A DNA stretch of 51,100 bases from an uncultured Candidatus Saccharibacteria bacterium (GCA_964596605.1 CAZQUJ010000001.1:1-51100); one strand, 5' to 3'. Positions 18,187 to 26,763 are shown, counted from the stretch's first letter. Program-made: numbers and translations. The notes: generated by a model not told the origin, from the letters alone.

Positions 18187-20010
18187 ATGAATCAAGATAT
18201 CAGTTTAATAAGAAATTTCTCCATTATTGCTCACATTGATCACGGCAAGAGCACTTTGGCTGATAGGATGTTGGAAGTTACCGGAACCATAGAGAAGAGA
18301 AAAATGAAAGATCAGGTTTTGGATTCTATGGAACTAGAAAGGGAAAGAGGTATCACCATCAAAATGCAACCAGTTCGAATGGAATATGAACATGGTGGTC
18401 AAAAATATATTTTAAACCTAATCGATACTCCAGGACATATTGATTTTTCTTATGAAGTCTCAAGAGCTTTGAAGGCTGTTGAAGGTTCCATTTTGCTGGT
18501 AGATGCCACCCAAGGTGTTCAAGCTCAGACATTAACAACATTACAAATGGCTCGAGATTCTGGTTTGGTTATAATCCCTGTTTTGTCAAAAATAGATTCT
18601 CCGCTTGCTCGAGTTGACGAGGTTAAAATGGAAGTTGCTCTTCTTCTTGATATTAATCCAGATTCTGTTTTGTGTGTTTCGGGAAAGACAGGAGAGGGTG
18701 TTCAGTCTTTGTTGGGAGAAATAATTAAAAAAATACCAGCTCCCAAGAAAGAAGAAAGTCCATTAGATACTGGTCGCTCTTTGGTTTTTGATTTTGAATA
18801 TGATAACCACAGAGGTGTCATTGTCTATATCAGAGTCATGAGTGGTTCCTTTAAGAGAGGAGATGCACTTGTTTTTGCCGTTTCTAACGAAAGGTTTAAT
18901 TCTTTAGAAACAGGTATTTTTTCTCCAGAAGAGAAACCAGTTGACTCTTTAAACGCTGGGGAGATAGGGTATGTTATAACCGGTATAAAGAAACCGGGTA
19001 TTGCTTCAGTTGGAGATACTATAACTTTTTTTAAAAAACCGATGGTTGCTTTGTCTGGATATCAAAATCCTAAACCTGTTGTCTGGGCTTCTATCTATCC
19101 TGAAAGCCAAGATGATTTTCCAATTTTAAAGCAAGCTTTAGGTCGTTTAAAATTATCAGATTCTTCTTTTTCTTTTGAAGAAGAATCTTCGGGCTCATTG
19201 GGAAGAGGTTTTAGATGTGGATTTTTAGGGATGTTGCATTTGGAGATTATAACTGAAAGATTAACTAGAGAATTTAATCTAGAATTAATTGTTACTCTTC
19301 CTTCCATTACCTACAAAGTTCTTTTAAGAGGAGGCAAAGAACAAACCATTTATTCTCCCCATTTGTTTCCTGAAGATGGTTTAGTGATTAAGGTATTTGA
19401 GCCATGGATTAATTTAAAAATAATTACACCATCAATATATATAAATACATTAATGCCTTTTCTTTTTGATCATGAAGCGATAATTAAAGAAACTAATAAT
19501 TTTGGAGATAATCGTTCTTCTTTGGATGTTGAAATGCCACTTAGAGAATTAATGCGTAATTTCTTTGATGATTTAAAAAGTGTAACTTCTGGTTATTCTT
19601 CCATTTCATATGAGATAGGTGAATACAAGGAAGCTGATGTGGTTAGAATGGATATAGTGGTGGCTGATGAGGTCATTCCAGCTTTTAGCCGAGTTGTTTC
19701 AAGAAGAAAGGTAAATGAAGAGGCTAAAGCTCAGGTAGAGAAACTAAAAGATATTATACCAAGGCAACAATTTGCATTTAAAATTCAAGCCAAAGCCCTA
19801 GGGAGAATTATTTCCTCTGAATCAGTTTCTGCTTTCCGAAAAGATGTTCTGATGCATGGTAGTAAGGTGGTTGGAGGAGGAGATGTAAGTAGGAAAAAGA
19901 AGCTTTTGGAGAAACAGAAAAAAGGAAAAAAGAGATTGCAGTCAAATGCAAAAATAAACATCTCTCATGAGGTATTTCTTAAAATGATAAGAGGAGGGAA
20001 TTCTAAATAG
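18187..20010 (+). CDS. lepA: elongation factor 4 (LepA)
   Basis: IRNFSIIAHIDHGKSTLADR, DTPGHIDFSYEV, a LepA-specific C-terminal domain, and a KKLLEKQKKGKKRL tail. Confidence 0.95.
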   Translation: MNQDISLIRNFSIIAHIDHGKSTLADRMLEVTGTIEKRKMKDQVLDSMELERERGITIKMQPVRMEYEHGGQKYILNLIDTPGHIDFSYEVSRALKAVEGSILLVDATQGVQAQTLTTLQMARDSGLVIIPVLSKIDSPLARVDEVKMEVALLLDINPDSVLCVSGKTGEGVQSLLGEIIKKIPAPKKEESPLDTGRSLVFDFEYDNHRGVIVYIRVMSGSFKRGDALVFAVSNERFNSLETGIFSPEEKPVDSLNAGEIGYVITGIKKPGIASVGDTITFFKKPMVALSGYQNPKPVVWASIYPESQDDFPILKQALGRLKLSDSSFSFEEESSGSLGRGFRCGFLGMLHLEIITERLTREFNLELIVTLPSITYKVLLRGGKEQTIYSPHLFPEDGLVIKVFEPWINLKIITPSIYINTLMPFLFDHEAIIKETNNFGDNRSSLDVEMPLRELMRNFFDDLKSVTSGYSSISYEIGEYKEADVVRMDIVVADEVIPAFSRVVSRRKVNEEAKAQVEKLKDIIPRQQFAFKIQAKALGRIISSESVSAFRKDVLMHGSKVVGGGDVSRKKKLLEKQKKGKKRLQSNAKINISHEVFLKMIRGGNSK

Positions 20011-20117
20011 TTATCTAATACTTGGTATATATAGAAGAATCATGCTGATGATTACCAAAACTGATATTATTCCGAATATCTTTTCAACTTTTTTCTTGTT
20101 TTTTGAACTGAAAATCA

Positions 20118-20126
20118 TGCTATAAT
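20118..20126 (+). promoter_or_regulatory. extended -10 promoter candidate (TGcTATAAT)
   Basis: tgctataat ends 13 nt before ATG 20140, or 7 nt before TTG 20134. Confidence 0.4.
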
Positions 20127-20139
20127 ACTATCATTGTTT

Positions 20140-20529
20140 ATGGTAAAATTCAAGAAAAATAAATATAAATTTTGGTATTCTCCTTTGGTTTTGTTTATCT
20201 TTTTAATTGCCCTTGCGTTTTTTGGATATAAAATTTGTGGTTTAATTAAAACTCATAAACAAACATTACAAATGAAAAGAATAGCGGAAGAAGAATTAAA
20301 TCAACTTTCCCAAAGGATTGATGATTTAAATATGGACATATCAGAACTTAACACCGAAGAAGGTAAAGAGGGGGTGATTAGGGTTAAATATCAAGTTGCC
20401 AAAGAAGGAGAAAAAGTGTTAAGTATAGTAGAGGAAGATCAAAAAGAGACAAAAGAAGTTGTAGTTGAAGAGGAAAAAGACAGAAGAAGTTTTTTTGATT
20501 GGTTAAAAAATATATTTCAGAAGAAATAA
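20140..20529 (+). CDS. septum-formation initiator-like protein (FtsB/DivIC family)
   Basis: One N-terminal TM helix, a coiled coil (LQMKRIAEEELNQLSQRIDDLNMDISEL), then IRVKYQVAKEGEKVLSIVE, which resembles the DivIC C-terminal motif. The track start is TTG 20134; I prefer ATG 20140. Confidence 0.5.
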   Translation: MVKFKKNKYKFWYSPLVLFIFLIALAFFGYKICGLIKTHKQTLQMKRIAEEELNQLSQRIDDLNMDISELNTEEGKEGVIRVKYQVAKEGEKVLSIVEEDQKETKEVVVEEEKDRRSFFDWLKNIFQKK

Positions 20530-20533
20530 AATT

Positions 20534-20604
20534 GCGGGTATGGTATAGTGGTAGCATGCGACCTTCCCAAGGTTGAGACGCGAGTCCGATTCTCGCTACC
20601 CGCA
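20534..20604 (+). tRNA. tRNA-Gly (anticodon CCC)
   Basis: Acceptor stem gcgggta/tacccgc, anticodon loop ttcccaa, T-loop tccgattc. No encoded CCA. Confidence 0.9.
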
Positions 20605-20616
20605 CAGATGGTTTTA

Positions 20617-20625
20617 TGCTATAAT
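20617..20625 (+). promoter_or_regulatory. extended -10 promoter candidate (TGcTATAAT)
   Basis: tgctataat lies 39 nt upstream of ATG 20665. Confidence 0.35.
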
Positions 20626-20664
20626 GAAAAAAGTTAAATATTATTAATTAAATATATTAAAAAT

Positions 20665-20901
20665 ATGAAAAAAGTTACAATATATTCTAGCCCAACATGT
20701 CATTTTTGCCACATGGTTAAAGATTTCTTTATAGCTAACGGTGTTGTTTTTGAAGATTTTGATGTTTCAACAGACTTAGAAAAAAGAAAAGAAATGGTAG
20801 AAAAGAGTGGGCAAATGGGTGTTCCAGTGACGATAATAGATAATGAATTAGTTGTTGGTTTTGACAAAGAAAAACTAAGTAAATTACTTGATATTAAATA
20901 A
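20665..20901 (+). CDS. glutaredoxin-like protein (thioredoxin fold, NrdH/YruB-like)
   Basis: 78 aa with a CHFC redox motif near the N-terminus (IYSSPTCHFCHMVKDF) and a GVPVTIIDNELVVGFD C-terminal motif. Confidence 0.85.
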   Translation: MKKVTIYSSPTCHFCHMVKDFFIANGVVFEDFDVSTDLEKRKEMVEKSGQMGVPVTIIDNELVVGFDKEKLSKLLDIK

Positions 20902-20924
20902 AGTAATATATTGTTTGGAATAAT

Positions 20925-20950
20925 AAAGACACTCAAATAAGAGTGTCTTT
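20925..20950 (+). terminator. stem-loop after the glutaredoxin-like gene
   Basis: aaagacactc-aaataa-gagtgtcttt, a perfect 10-bp stem. The trailing T-tract is short. Confidence 0.5.
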
Positions 20951-20956
20951 ATACAA

Positions 20957-21031
20957 GCCCCCGTAGTTCAATGGATAGAACAGTTCCGTCCTAAGGAATA
21001 GATGTAGGTTCGATTCCCGCCGGGGGCACCA
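20957..21031 (+). tRNA. tRNA-Arg (anticodon CCT), CCA encoded
   Basis: Acceptor stem gcccccg/cgggggc, D-arm gttcaatggatagaac, anticodon loop gtcctaa, T-loop ttcgatt, ending acca. Confidence 0.88.
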
Positions 21032-21040
21032 ATTTAACTT

Positions 21041-21102
21041 TCGAATATTTTGAACGAAACGTCTGTTCACGCCTTGGCCGCGCTCGACAGGCTCGCGCGG
21101 GG
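21041..21102. repeat. inverted repeat, left copy (IR-L)
   Basis: tcgaatattttgaacgaaacgtctgttcacgccttggccgcgctcgacaggctcgcgcgggg. By hand alignment it matches the reverse complement of 27571-27634: a shared TCGAA end, a 2-nt indel, then 46/55 identities. Confidence 0.85.
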
Positions 21103-21108
21103 AAAAAC

Positions 21109-21189
21109 CAAAAATTCCCTATCCTTTTTATTTGTGCTCCCAACACCCTCGGCCACAAGGTGGAAAGTCTGAAAGGAAGGGAATTTTTG
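21109..21189 (+). other. long-range stem-loop (12-bp perfect stem, 57-nt loop) followed by a T-rich tract
   Basis: caaaaattccct (21109-21120) is the exact reverse complement of agggaatttttg (21178-21189). tttttgtt follows downstream. It lies between IR-L and the XRE gene. Confidence 0.4.
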
Positions 21190-21286
21190 TTTTTGTTGCT
21201 ACTGCTTCATATTTACATTTGGATTATTTTTTGCTACCATAGTAATAAGTTAACCAACCTGAATAGTCTTTACTTTAATTATAGCA

Positions 21287-21508
21287 ATGTATTACAATGC
21301 CTGCTGGCAAAAATTAACAATTGCCAATAATATAAAGAAATACCAACAAAAGCTCGGCATTTCTCAAAACCGTCTCTCCAAAATTGCCGATGTTGCTTAT
21401 AATACGATTATTAAAATTGAGTTAGGCGGTAGTCAAAACCCGACTATTGATACCTTGACCAAAATAGCTAAAGCGCTCGATGTTAGTGTAGATGAGTTAA
21501 TAAGATAA
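21287..21508 (+). CDS. XRE-family helix-turn-helix transcriptional regulator
   Basis: 73 aa. IKKYQQKLGISQNRLSKIADVAYNTIIKIELGGSQNPTIDTLTKIAKALDVSVDELI is a canonical HTH_3 (Cro/C1) domain. Confidence 0.85.
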   Translation: MYYNACWQKLTIANNIKKYQQKLGISQNRLSKIADVAYNTIIKIELGGSQNPTIDTLTKIAKALDVSVDELIR

Positions 21509-21513
21509 ATTTT

Positions 21514-22587
21514 ATGAATAAATCGAAAAAAATAAAAGTTGCACTTGTTGGCATAGGAAATTGCGCAAGTTCTCTTGTCCAAGGTGTCTCATTTTACTCA
21601 CAAGCAGAAAATGTAACGATTGGGTTAATGCACCCAAATTTTGCCGGATTTAATGTGTCTGATATTGAGTTTGTCGCCGCGTTTGATGTTGATAAAAGAA
21701 AAGTGGGGAAAGATCTCGCAGAAGCAATATTTCAAAAACCTAATTGCACAACGAAGTTTCAAGAAGTTGGGCTATTAAATATTAAGGTATTAAAGGGACA
21801 TGTTTTAGATGGTGTAGCACCTCATATGCAAGAATATTTTATTGTCGATGATAAACAGGAACCAGTTGATGTTGCGCAAGAATTACACAAATGCGGTGCA
21901 GAAATGCTCATCTCTTATTTACCAGTGGGTAGTGCTGAAGCGTCAAGATTTTATGCTAACGAAGCAATAAGGGCGGGTGTTGGATTTATTAACGCCATTC
22001 CTGAATTTATTTGCTCTAAGTCAGAATGGATTGCCAAATTTAAAGAAAAAGGGATACCCTGTGCTGGCGATGATATAAAATCTCAATTTGGTGCGACTAT
22101 CCTGCATAGAACTGTGACAAGATTAATTGAAGATCGTGGGCATAAGATTGATAATACATACCAATTAAATATCGGTGGAAATACAGATTTTTTAAACATG
22201 AAAGATGAAAATCGACTCAGTTCAAAGAGATTATCAAAAACGAATGCGGTAACCTCAATACTTGGAGAAAAAGAGTTTGGAGTTCGAATCGGTCCAAGCG
22301 ATTATATACCCTATCTTAATGACAATAAAATTTGCTATATAAATGTTAAGGGTAAGCAGTTTGGAGGATTACCTTTTGAATTAGATATTAAATTGAGTGT
22401 TGAAGACAGCCCGAATAGTGCTGGGGTTATGGTAGATGTTATCAGGGCCATGAAGGTTGCTATTGATCGTGGAGTTTCAGGAAATTTAGGGGCAATAAGC
22501 GCATATTATTTTAAATCACCAGAAGTTCAATATAGAGACGATATTGCCAGGACGATTGTTGAAGATTTCATCAATTTTAAGCAATAA
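21514..22587 (+). CDS. ino1: myo-inositol-1-phosphate synthase (inositol-3-phosphate synthase, bacterial/archaeal short type)
   Basis: The N-terminal Rossmann motif KVALVGIGNCASSLVQGVSFY is characteristic of short MIPS enzymes. Also present: GDDIKSQFGATILHR, NIGGNTDFLN, and SKRLSKTNAV (the conserved SK...SK region). Confidence 0.8.
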   Translation: MNKSKKIKVALVGIGNCASSLVQGVSFYSQAENVTIGLMHPNFAGFNVSDIEFVAAFDVDKRKVGKDLAEAIFQKPNCTTKFQEVGLLNIKVLKGHVLDGVAPHMQEYFIVDDKQEPVDVAQELHKCGAEMLISYLPVGSAEASRFYANEAIRAGVGFINAIPEFICSKSEWIAKFKEKGIPCAGDDIKSQFGATILHRTVTRLIEDRGHKIDNTYQLNIGGNTDFLNMKDENRLSSKRLSKTNAVTSILGEKEFGVRIGPSDYIPYLNDNKICYINVKGKQFGGLPFELDIKLSVEDSPNSAGVMVDVIRAMKVAIDRGVSGNLGAISAYYFKSPEVQYRDDIARTIVEDFINFKQ

Positions 22588-22593
22588 AGTTTT

Positions 22594-23814
22594 ATGATTT
22601 ACGTACACAAAAAAGAATTATCAGAGTCAGAGTATGAGTTCGTAGAACGTAAGGGCATTGGACATCCAGACACCTTATCTGATGCTCTTGCCGAGTTTTT
22701 ATCAGTTAAATACTCAAACTATACTCTGAAAAATTTTGGTGCAGTATTACATCATAACTTTGATAAAGTTGGGCTACTCGGTGGTGCTTCATTTGTAAAA
22801 TTTGGCGAGGGATACCTAACAAAACCGATAAGAGTATTATTAAATGGTCGCGCTTCAACAAAATTTGGAGATAAAAATATCCCAGTTGAGGACTTGTTAA
22901 AATCTTGGGCAGGCGAGTTTCTCTTAAACAAATTTAGAAATCTAATAAAAGAAAGTGACTTAGAGATCCATTACAATTTAAGTACACAAAGCAGTCCTGG
23001 TAAAACCGAAGAATTTAAGTCAACGAATACCCCCCGAAAATTTTGGTTTGAACCAAGAAATTTTGACGATCTTCCGGAAATTAAAAAACTATTTTCTAAT
23101 GATACTTCCTTGGGTGTGGGTTATGCTCCTTATTCTAAGTTAGAGAAACTTGTTTTAGATATTGAAGGAGTCCTAAACTCTGATAGTTTCAAAAAGGATC
23201 ATCCGTGGATAGGATCTGATATTAAAATAATGGGTACGAGGCACGGCCATCAGTTTGGTGTGACTTTATGTATACCACAAATAGCCAACTATGTGCATTC
23301 AGTTGAGGAATATAGACAAAATTTAGAGCAGGCCAAACAATTTATTTTCAAGATTTCTCAAAATATTGGAATAAATGGCCTCGAACTATCGTGTAATACT
23401 CGTGATAATTTAGAAACAGGGGAACTTTATCTTACAGCGATCGGTTCATCGATAGAAAGTGGTGACGAAGGTTTGGTTGGCAGAGGAAATAGAGTAAACG
23501 GGATAATTTCGCCCACGAGACTTATGAGTATGGAAGGGGCTTGTGGTAAAAATCCTGTTTATCATATTGGTAAGATTTACTATGTAGCCGCCAACGAGAT
23601 TAGTAAAAAAATTTTTGAAAAGTTTGGAATTGCGAATGAAGTCTCTTTAATTAGCCAAAGTGGTCGAGATTTACTTGATCCATGGAAGACATATGTTACT
23701 TTATACAATTCAAATATAGGTGAAGAACAGGTTCGGATTTTTGTTGAAAATGAACTAAGGAATATTCCGGAAATAACTAAAAACCTATTAGAGGATAAAT
23801 TAAGGCTATTTTAA
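22594..23814 (+). CDS. archaeal-type S-adenosylmethionine synthetase (MAT, AdoMet_Synthase family)
   Basis: FVERKGIGHPDTLSDALAE...FGAVLHHNFDKVGLLGGAS...VLLNGRAS closely parallels the archaeal MAT N-terminus (VERKG.GHPD..CD....FG..LHHN.D.V.LVGG....LL.GRA). It does not resemble bacterial MetK. Confidence 0.8.
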   Translation: MIYVHKKELSESEYEFVERKGIGHPDTLSDALAEFLSVKYSNYTLKNFGAVLHHNFDKVGLLGGASFVKFGEGYLTKPIRVLLNGRASTKFGDKNIPVEDLLKSWAGEFLLNKFRNLIKESDLEIHYNLSTQSSPGKTEEFKSTNTPRKFWFEPRNFDDLPEIKKLFSNDTSLGVGYAPYSKLEKLVLDIEGVLNSDSFKKDHPWIGSDIKIMGTRHGHQFGVTLCIPQIANYVHSVEEYRQNLEQAKQFIFKISQNIGINGLELSCNTRDNLETGELYLTAIGSSIESGDEGLVGRGNRVNGIISPTRLMSMEGACGKNPVYHIGKIYYVAANEISKKIFEKFGIANEVSLISQSGRDLLDPWKTYVTLYNSNIGEEQVRIFVENELRNIPEITKNLLEDKLRLF

Positions 23815-23818
23815 TGTT

Positions 23819-24943
23819 ATGGAAAAGATGCTTAATCAAGAAAAAGAAATAACAAGACTGGAATATTTAACTACCCATGTTGGACTAATTAAACAACTTG
23901 ATGGAAAATATTTGCTTGCTGAAAGCGTGTATTCAGAAGACATTCAAAATGAAAGTTCGTTAGAACACATACCCTTAATTAAGTCAGATGAAGTGATTAG
24001 GCCAGAGGGAGATACTACCATGCTTACTTCAGCTGGTATCCAGCATCTTGAAACTCTTGAACGTGACAAAATTAATTTAGAAAGTGAGAAGTTTAAAATT
24101 GCACAACCAGTTGTTCGTAGTCAGTTTATGGATAAAATCAAAGAAGGTTATTCAACGGCTTTTATAGATGAATCTGTCGTTCAACTCGGAGTATCTGATG
24201 AAGTTTTTTTTGGTATGTGTAAGCAAATGATCATTGATTCATTGAACCATGACGAAGATATACAAAAATATTATCTAACAATTGATACCCAAGATGATCG
24301 TTGGGGTCAAAAAAAGTTCACCAAATTAGTCATCACTTTATATTATGGCGGGAACGAAGTATCAGAAGGTGTGTATATAGATAAATTTCCTAAAGTTAAT
24401 GGGCAGACTGTTTCAGTTGCCGAGATAACCCACGGTGCTGAAAGATATAATTGGATTCACAGAGAAAATAAAGACCAACCATATTTTATTGATTTTGAAG
24501 AATTCTACCATTCTGATAATAAAGATAATGTTGCAAAAATTATAGATCCCATCAGAACAGCTACATTGATGATCATGCAAGGGGTTGTTCCATCCCATAA
24601 GGATCCTGGGTTTAGATTAAGACAGCTGATTAAAAGATTTGTGGAAAGAAACACCGAGACTTCTTTTTCTGAAGATAGACTTTTGGATTTATCATATGAT
24701 TTTTGGATAAGAAATAGTGTTGAAGGAATTGTTGATAAAATTGGGGTTCGTGAATCGTTAAAAAAAGAAATGATGCGTGCTCAAAATGTATATATTGTTG
24801 GCCACATAGAAAGAGATATGAACAAAAAAATTAAGGTTGATGTGAATTTAAGTACAGATGAATTTATTAAAAGAATCTATTCTTCATCTCCAGAAGAGAT
24901 TATTGAGATAGTAAAAAGTATTAATTTAAAAAAATATGAGTAA
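23819..24943 (+). CDS. stand-alone, diverged alanyl-tRNA-synthetase catalytic-core paralogue (class IIc aaRS-like; candidate amino-acid ligase)
   Basis: 374 aa. Three stretches align with AlaRS landmarks. GDTTMLTSAGIQHLE matches NDPTLLFTNAGMNQFK. IAQPVVRSQ matches TSQRCVRAG. IIDPIRTATLMIMQGVVPSHKDPGFRLRQLIKRFVER matches [37 protein letters not shown]. No tRNA-recognition, editing or C-Ala domains are present. Confidence 0.6.
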   Translation: MEKMLNQEKEITRLEYLTTHVGLIKQLDGKYLLAESVYSEDIQNESSLEHIPLIKSDEVIRPEGDTTMLTSAGIQHLETLERDKINLESEKFKIAQPVVRSQFMDKIKEGYSTAFIDESVVQLGVSDEVFFGMCKQMIIDSLNHDEDIQKYYLTIDTQDDRWGQKKFTKLVITLYYGGNEVSEGVYIDKFPKVNGQTVSVAEITHGAERYNWIHRENKDQPYFIDFEEFYHSDNKDNVAKIIDPIRTATLMIMQGVVPSHKDPGFRLRQLIKRFVERNTETSFSEDRLLDLSYDFWIRNSVEGIVDKIGVRESLKKEMMRAQNVYIVGHIERDMNKKIKVDVNLSTDEFIKRIYSSSPEEIIEIVKSINLKKYE

Positions 24944-25613
24944 GCTTTTTTTAAGTGGCGGTGGTGATGTAGATATGTCGTATTCGTTTGACAGCCTATT
25001 CTTTGATTCATTGCCACAGGCTGCGAATATACTTTATATTCCCGTTGCTATGGCGACCACTATGACTAAGACAGAGGTAGCTTTCGATTGGTTTTCAAAA
25101 TTGATTTCACGCCATTCAAGCAACAACAGATACCTAGATTTTACGATATGGAATATCGGGGATTCTTTGCCTATTTTGCATAATTATGATGCTGTATATG
25201 TTGGTGGTGGAAATACATATAGACTCTTGATGGCATTAGAAAAATCAGGAATGTTCGATGCTTTGAAAAAATATATCAGAAATGGTGGTATTTACTATGG
25301 TGGAAGTGCTGGTGCTGTGATTGTTGGTAAAAACTTACGAACTGTAGAGGAAGAAAATTTAGAAAATTATTCAAAGCATGATGGTATGAATTTAGTTGAA
25401 GATCTCTCTATATTTCCGCATTTTTCTGATAGTGAAGAGCAAAAAAATACCATTAGGAACATTTGTGGCAAATATTCCTTAAAGGTAGTCGCACTTCCCG
25501 AAAATTCTGGTCTTATTCTCGATACACAAAGTATAGGTGTTCACGGTAATATATATTTATATGAACAAGAGAAAGAAACTATTTTTTATACATCTGGGCA
25601 AATTATCAAGTAG
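24936..25613 (+). CDS. peptidase S51 family protein (dipeptidase E/cyanophycinase-like, class I glutamine-amidotransferase-like fold)
   Basis: YVGGGNTYRLLMALEKSGMFDALKKYIRNGGIYYGGSAGAVIVG contains the GGGNT and GxSAG nucleophile motifs of the S51 family. It overlaps the previous gene by 8 nt. Confidence 0.7.
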   Translation: MSKLFLSGGGDVDMSYSFDSLFFDSLPQAANILYIPVAMATTMTKTEVAFDWFSKLISRHSSNNRYLDFTIWNIGDSLPILHNYDAVYVGGGNTYRLLMALEKSGMFDALKKYIRNGGIYYGGSAGAVIVGKNLRTVEEENLENYSKHDGMNLVEDLSIFPHFSDSEEQKNTIRNICGKYSLKVVALPENSGLILDTQSIGVHGNIYLYEQEKETIFYTSGQIIK

Positions 25614-26763
25614 CTCCGGTCATACAGCGCGATTACGCTATGAATTAAAGGACATTAGCAAGATAGCAGAAGTTTCGATTCTGTCTTTAGCAAATGAGTC
25701 TGATCAATCTTTCCCTGGTAAATATCCGAATATACATTTCTATGTTTTACCAATTAAGTTCAATGGCTGGAAAGTTGTTAATTTGAGTCGTGTTGTAGAA
25801 CAGATAGATAGAATAATCAGCTTTTGTAAGCCAGATATTGTTATTTTGTGCATTGAAATTTGGGATTTAATTTTAGAATTGCATAAAAAAATATCTGACA
25901 AAGTAGCATTTTGTGCCATATGTCACGCAATGCCATTCTTAGGTTCACCCTTAAATCCAACAAAATCCTTTGAATCAGATGTAAGGAATTTTACTAATAA
26001 GCAAATACCAAAATACAGAAAAAACTATATTATCAAACATTACAAAGAATTTTCGAAGGTTATAAATTCTGGTTTATTAATTGCAAATAATGCATCTGTT
26101 GCTTTCTATTTTAAAAATTATTTCCCGAGATCATTGTTTTGGAAACAAGTGCCTCATGTTACGGTTGATCCACTAAGAATGCCCAAAACTTTAGATATTA
26201 GCTATGATTTTTGTTATATGGCGAGAATGGAGAAAGGAAAGGGGGTGGAATATCTGCAAGATTTGTTTGGTAAAATTTCAACCAAACTGGGTAGGAAAAT
26301 TAGGGTGGCACTCATGGGCAGGACAGATGATAAGTACTCACAAGAAAAACTCAGGAGCCTGCTTGAAAGTAAAAGTGAAGCTTACTCAATTCGGTTTTTT
26401 GGCTGGGCGGATGATAGAACTAAAGCTAAAGTATTAAGTAAAAGCGGTTGTTTTATTTACCCATCAATTTACGATAATTTTCCGACAGTAGTTAATGAAG
26501 CCATGGCTCATGGTTTGCCTGTGGCAATGTGGAATAATCTTTTTTATAGAGTTAATTATTCTGGCATAAAGTCTGTATCTGTCGCTATTCCTTTTAGTGT
26601 TGAACATTTAGCTTCGGTGGCTGTGAATTTATTAAAAAGAAAGTCTACTCTAAGTCATCATTCTATAGAATATATAAAGAAAAGTGGTGGCTCCAGATCA
26701 GTTGCTAAAGATGATCTCATGCTGTTTGATGAGATAATTAAACATAATGAAAGAAATAAATAG
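25561..26763 (+). CDS. family 4 (GT-B) glycosyltransferase
   Basis: The N-terminus is LFFIHLGKLSSSSGHTARLRYE. The C-terminal donor-binding region is GCFIYPSIYDNFPTVVNEAMAHGLPVA (E-x7-E type). I take ATG 25561 as the start (the track gives 25537). Either start overlaps the 3' end of the S51 gene, by 53 nt from 25561. Confidence 0.75.
   Translation: MNKRKKLFFIHLGKLSSSSGHTARLRYELKDISKIAEVSILSLANESDQSFPGKYPNIHFYVLPIKFNGWKVVNLSRVVEQIDRIISFCKPDIVILCIEIWDLILELHKKISDKVAFCAICHAMPFLGSPLNPTKSFESDVRNFTNKQIPKYRKNYIIKHYKEFSKVINSGLLIANNASVAFYFKNYFPRSLFWKQVPHVTVDPLRMPKTLDISYDFCYMARMEKGKGVEYLQDLFGKISTKLGRKIRVALMGRTDDKYSQEKLRSLLESKSEAYSIRFFGWADDRTKAKVLSKSGCFIYPSIYDNFPTVVNEAMAHGLPVAMWNNLFYRVNYSGIKSVSVAIPFSVEHLASVAVNLLKRKSTLSHHSIEYIKKSGGSRSVAKDDLMLFDEIIKHNERNK

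Noticed and set aside
26204-26437. 77-aa plus-strand ORF in an alternative frame within the GT4 gene
   Set aside because: It lies wholly inside the glycosyltransferase coding region in another frame, and its Trp/Lys-rich translation does not look protein-like.
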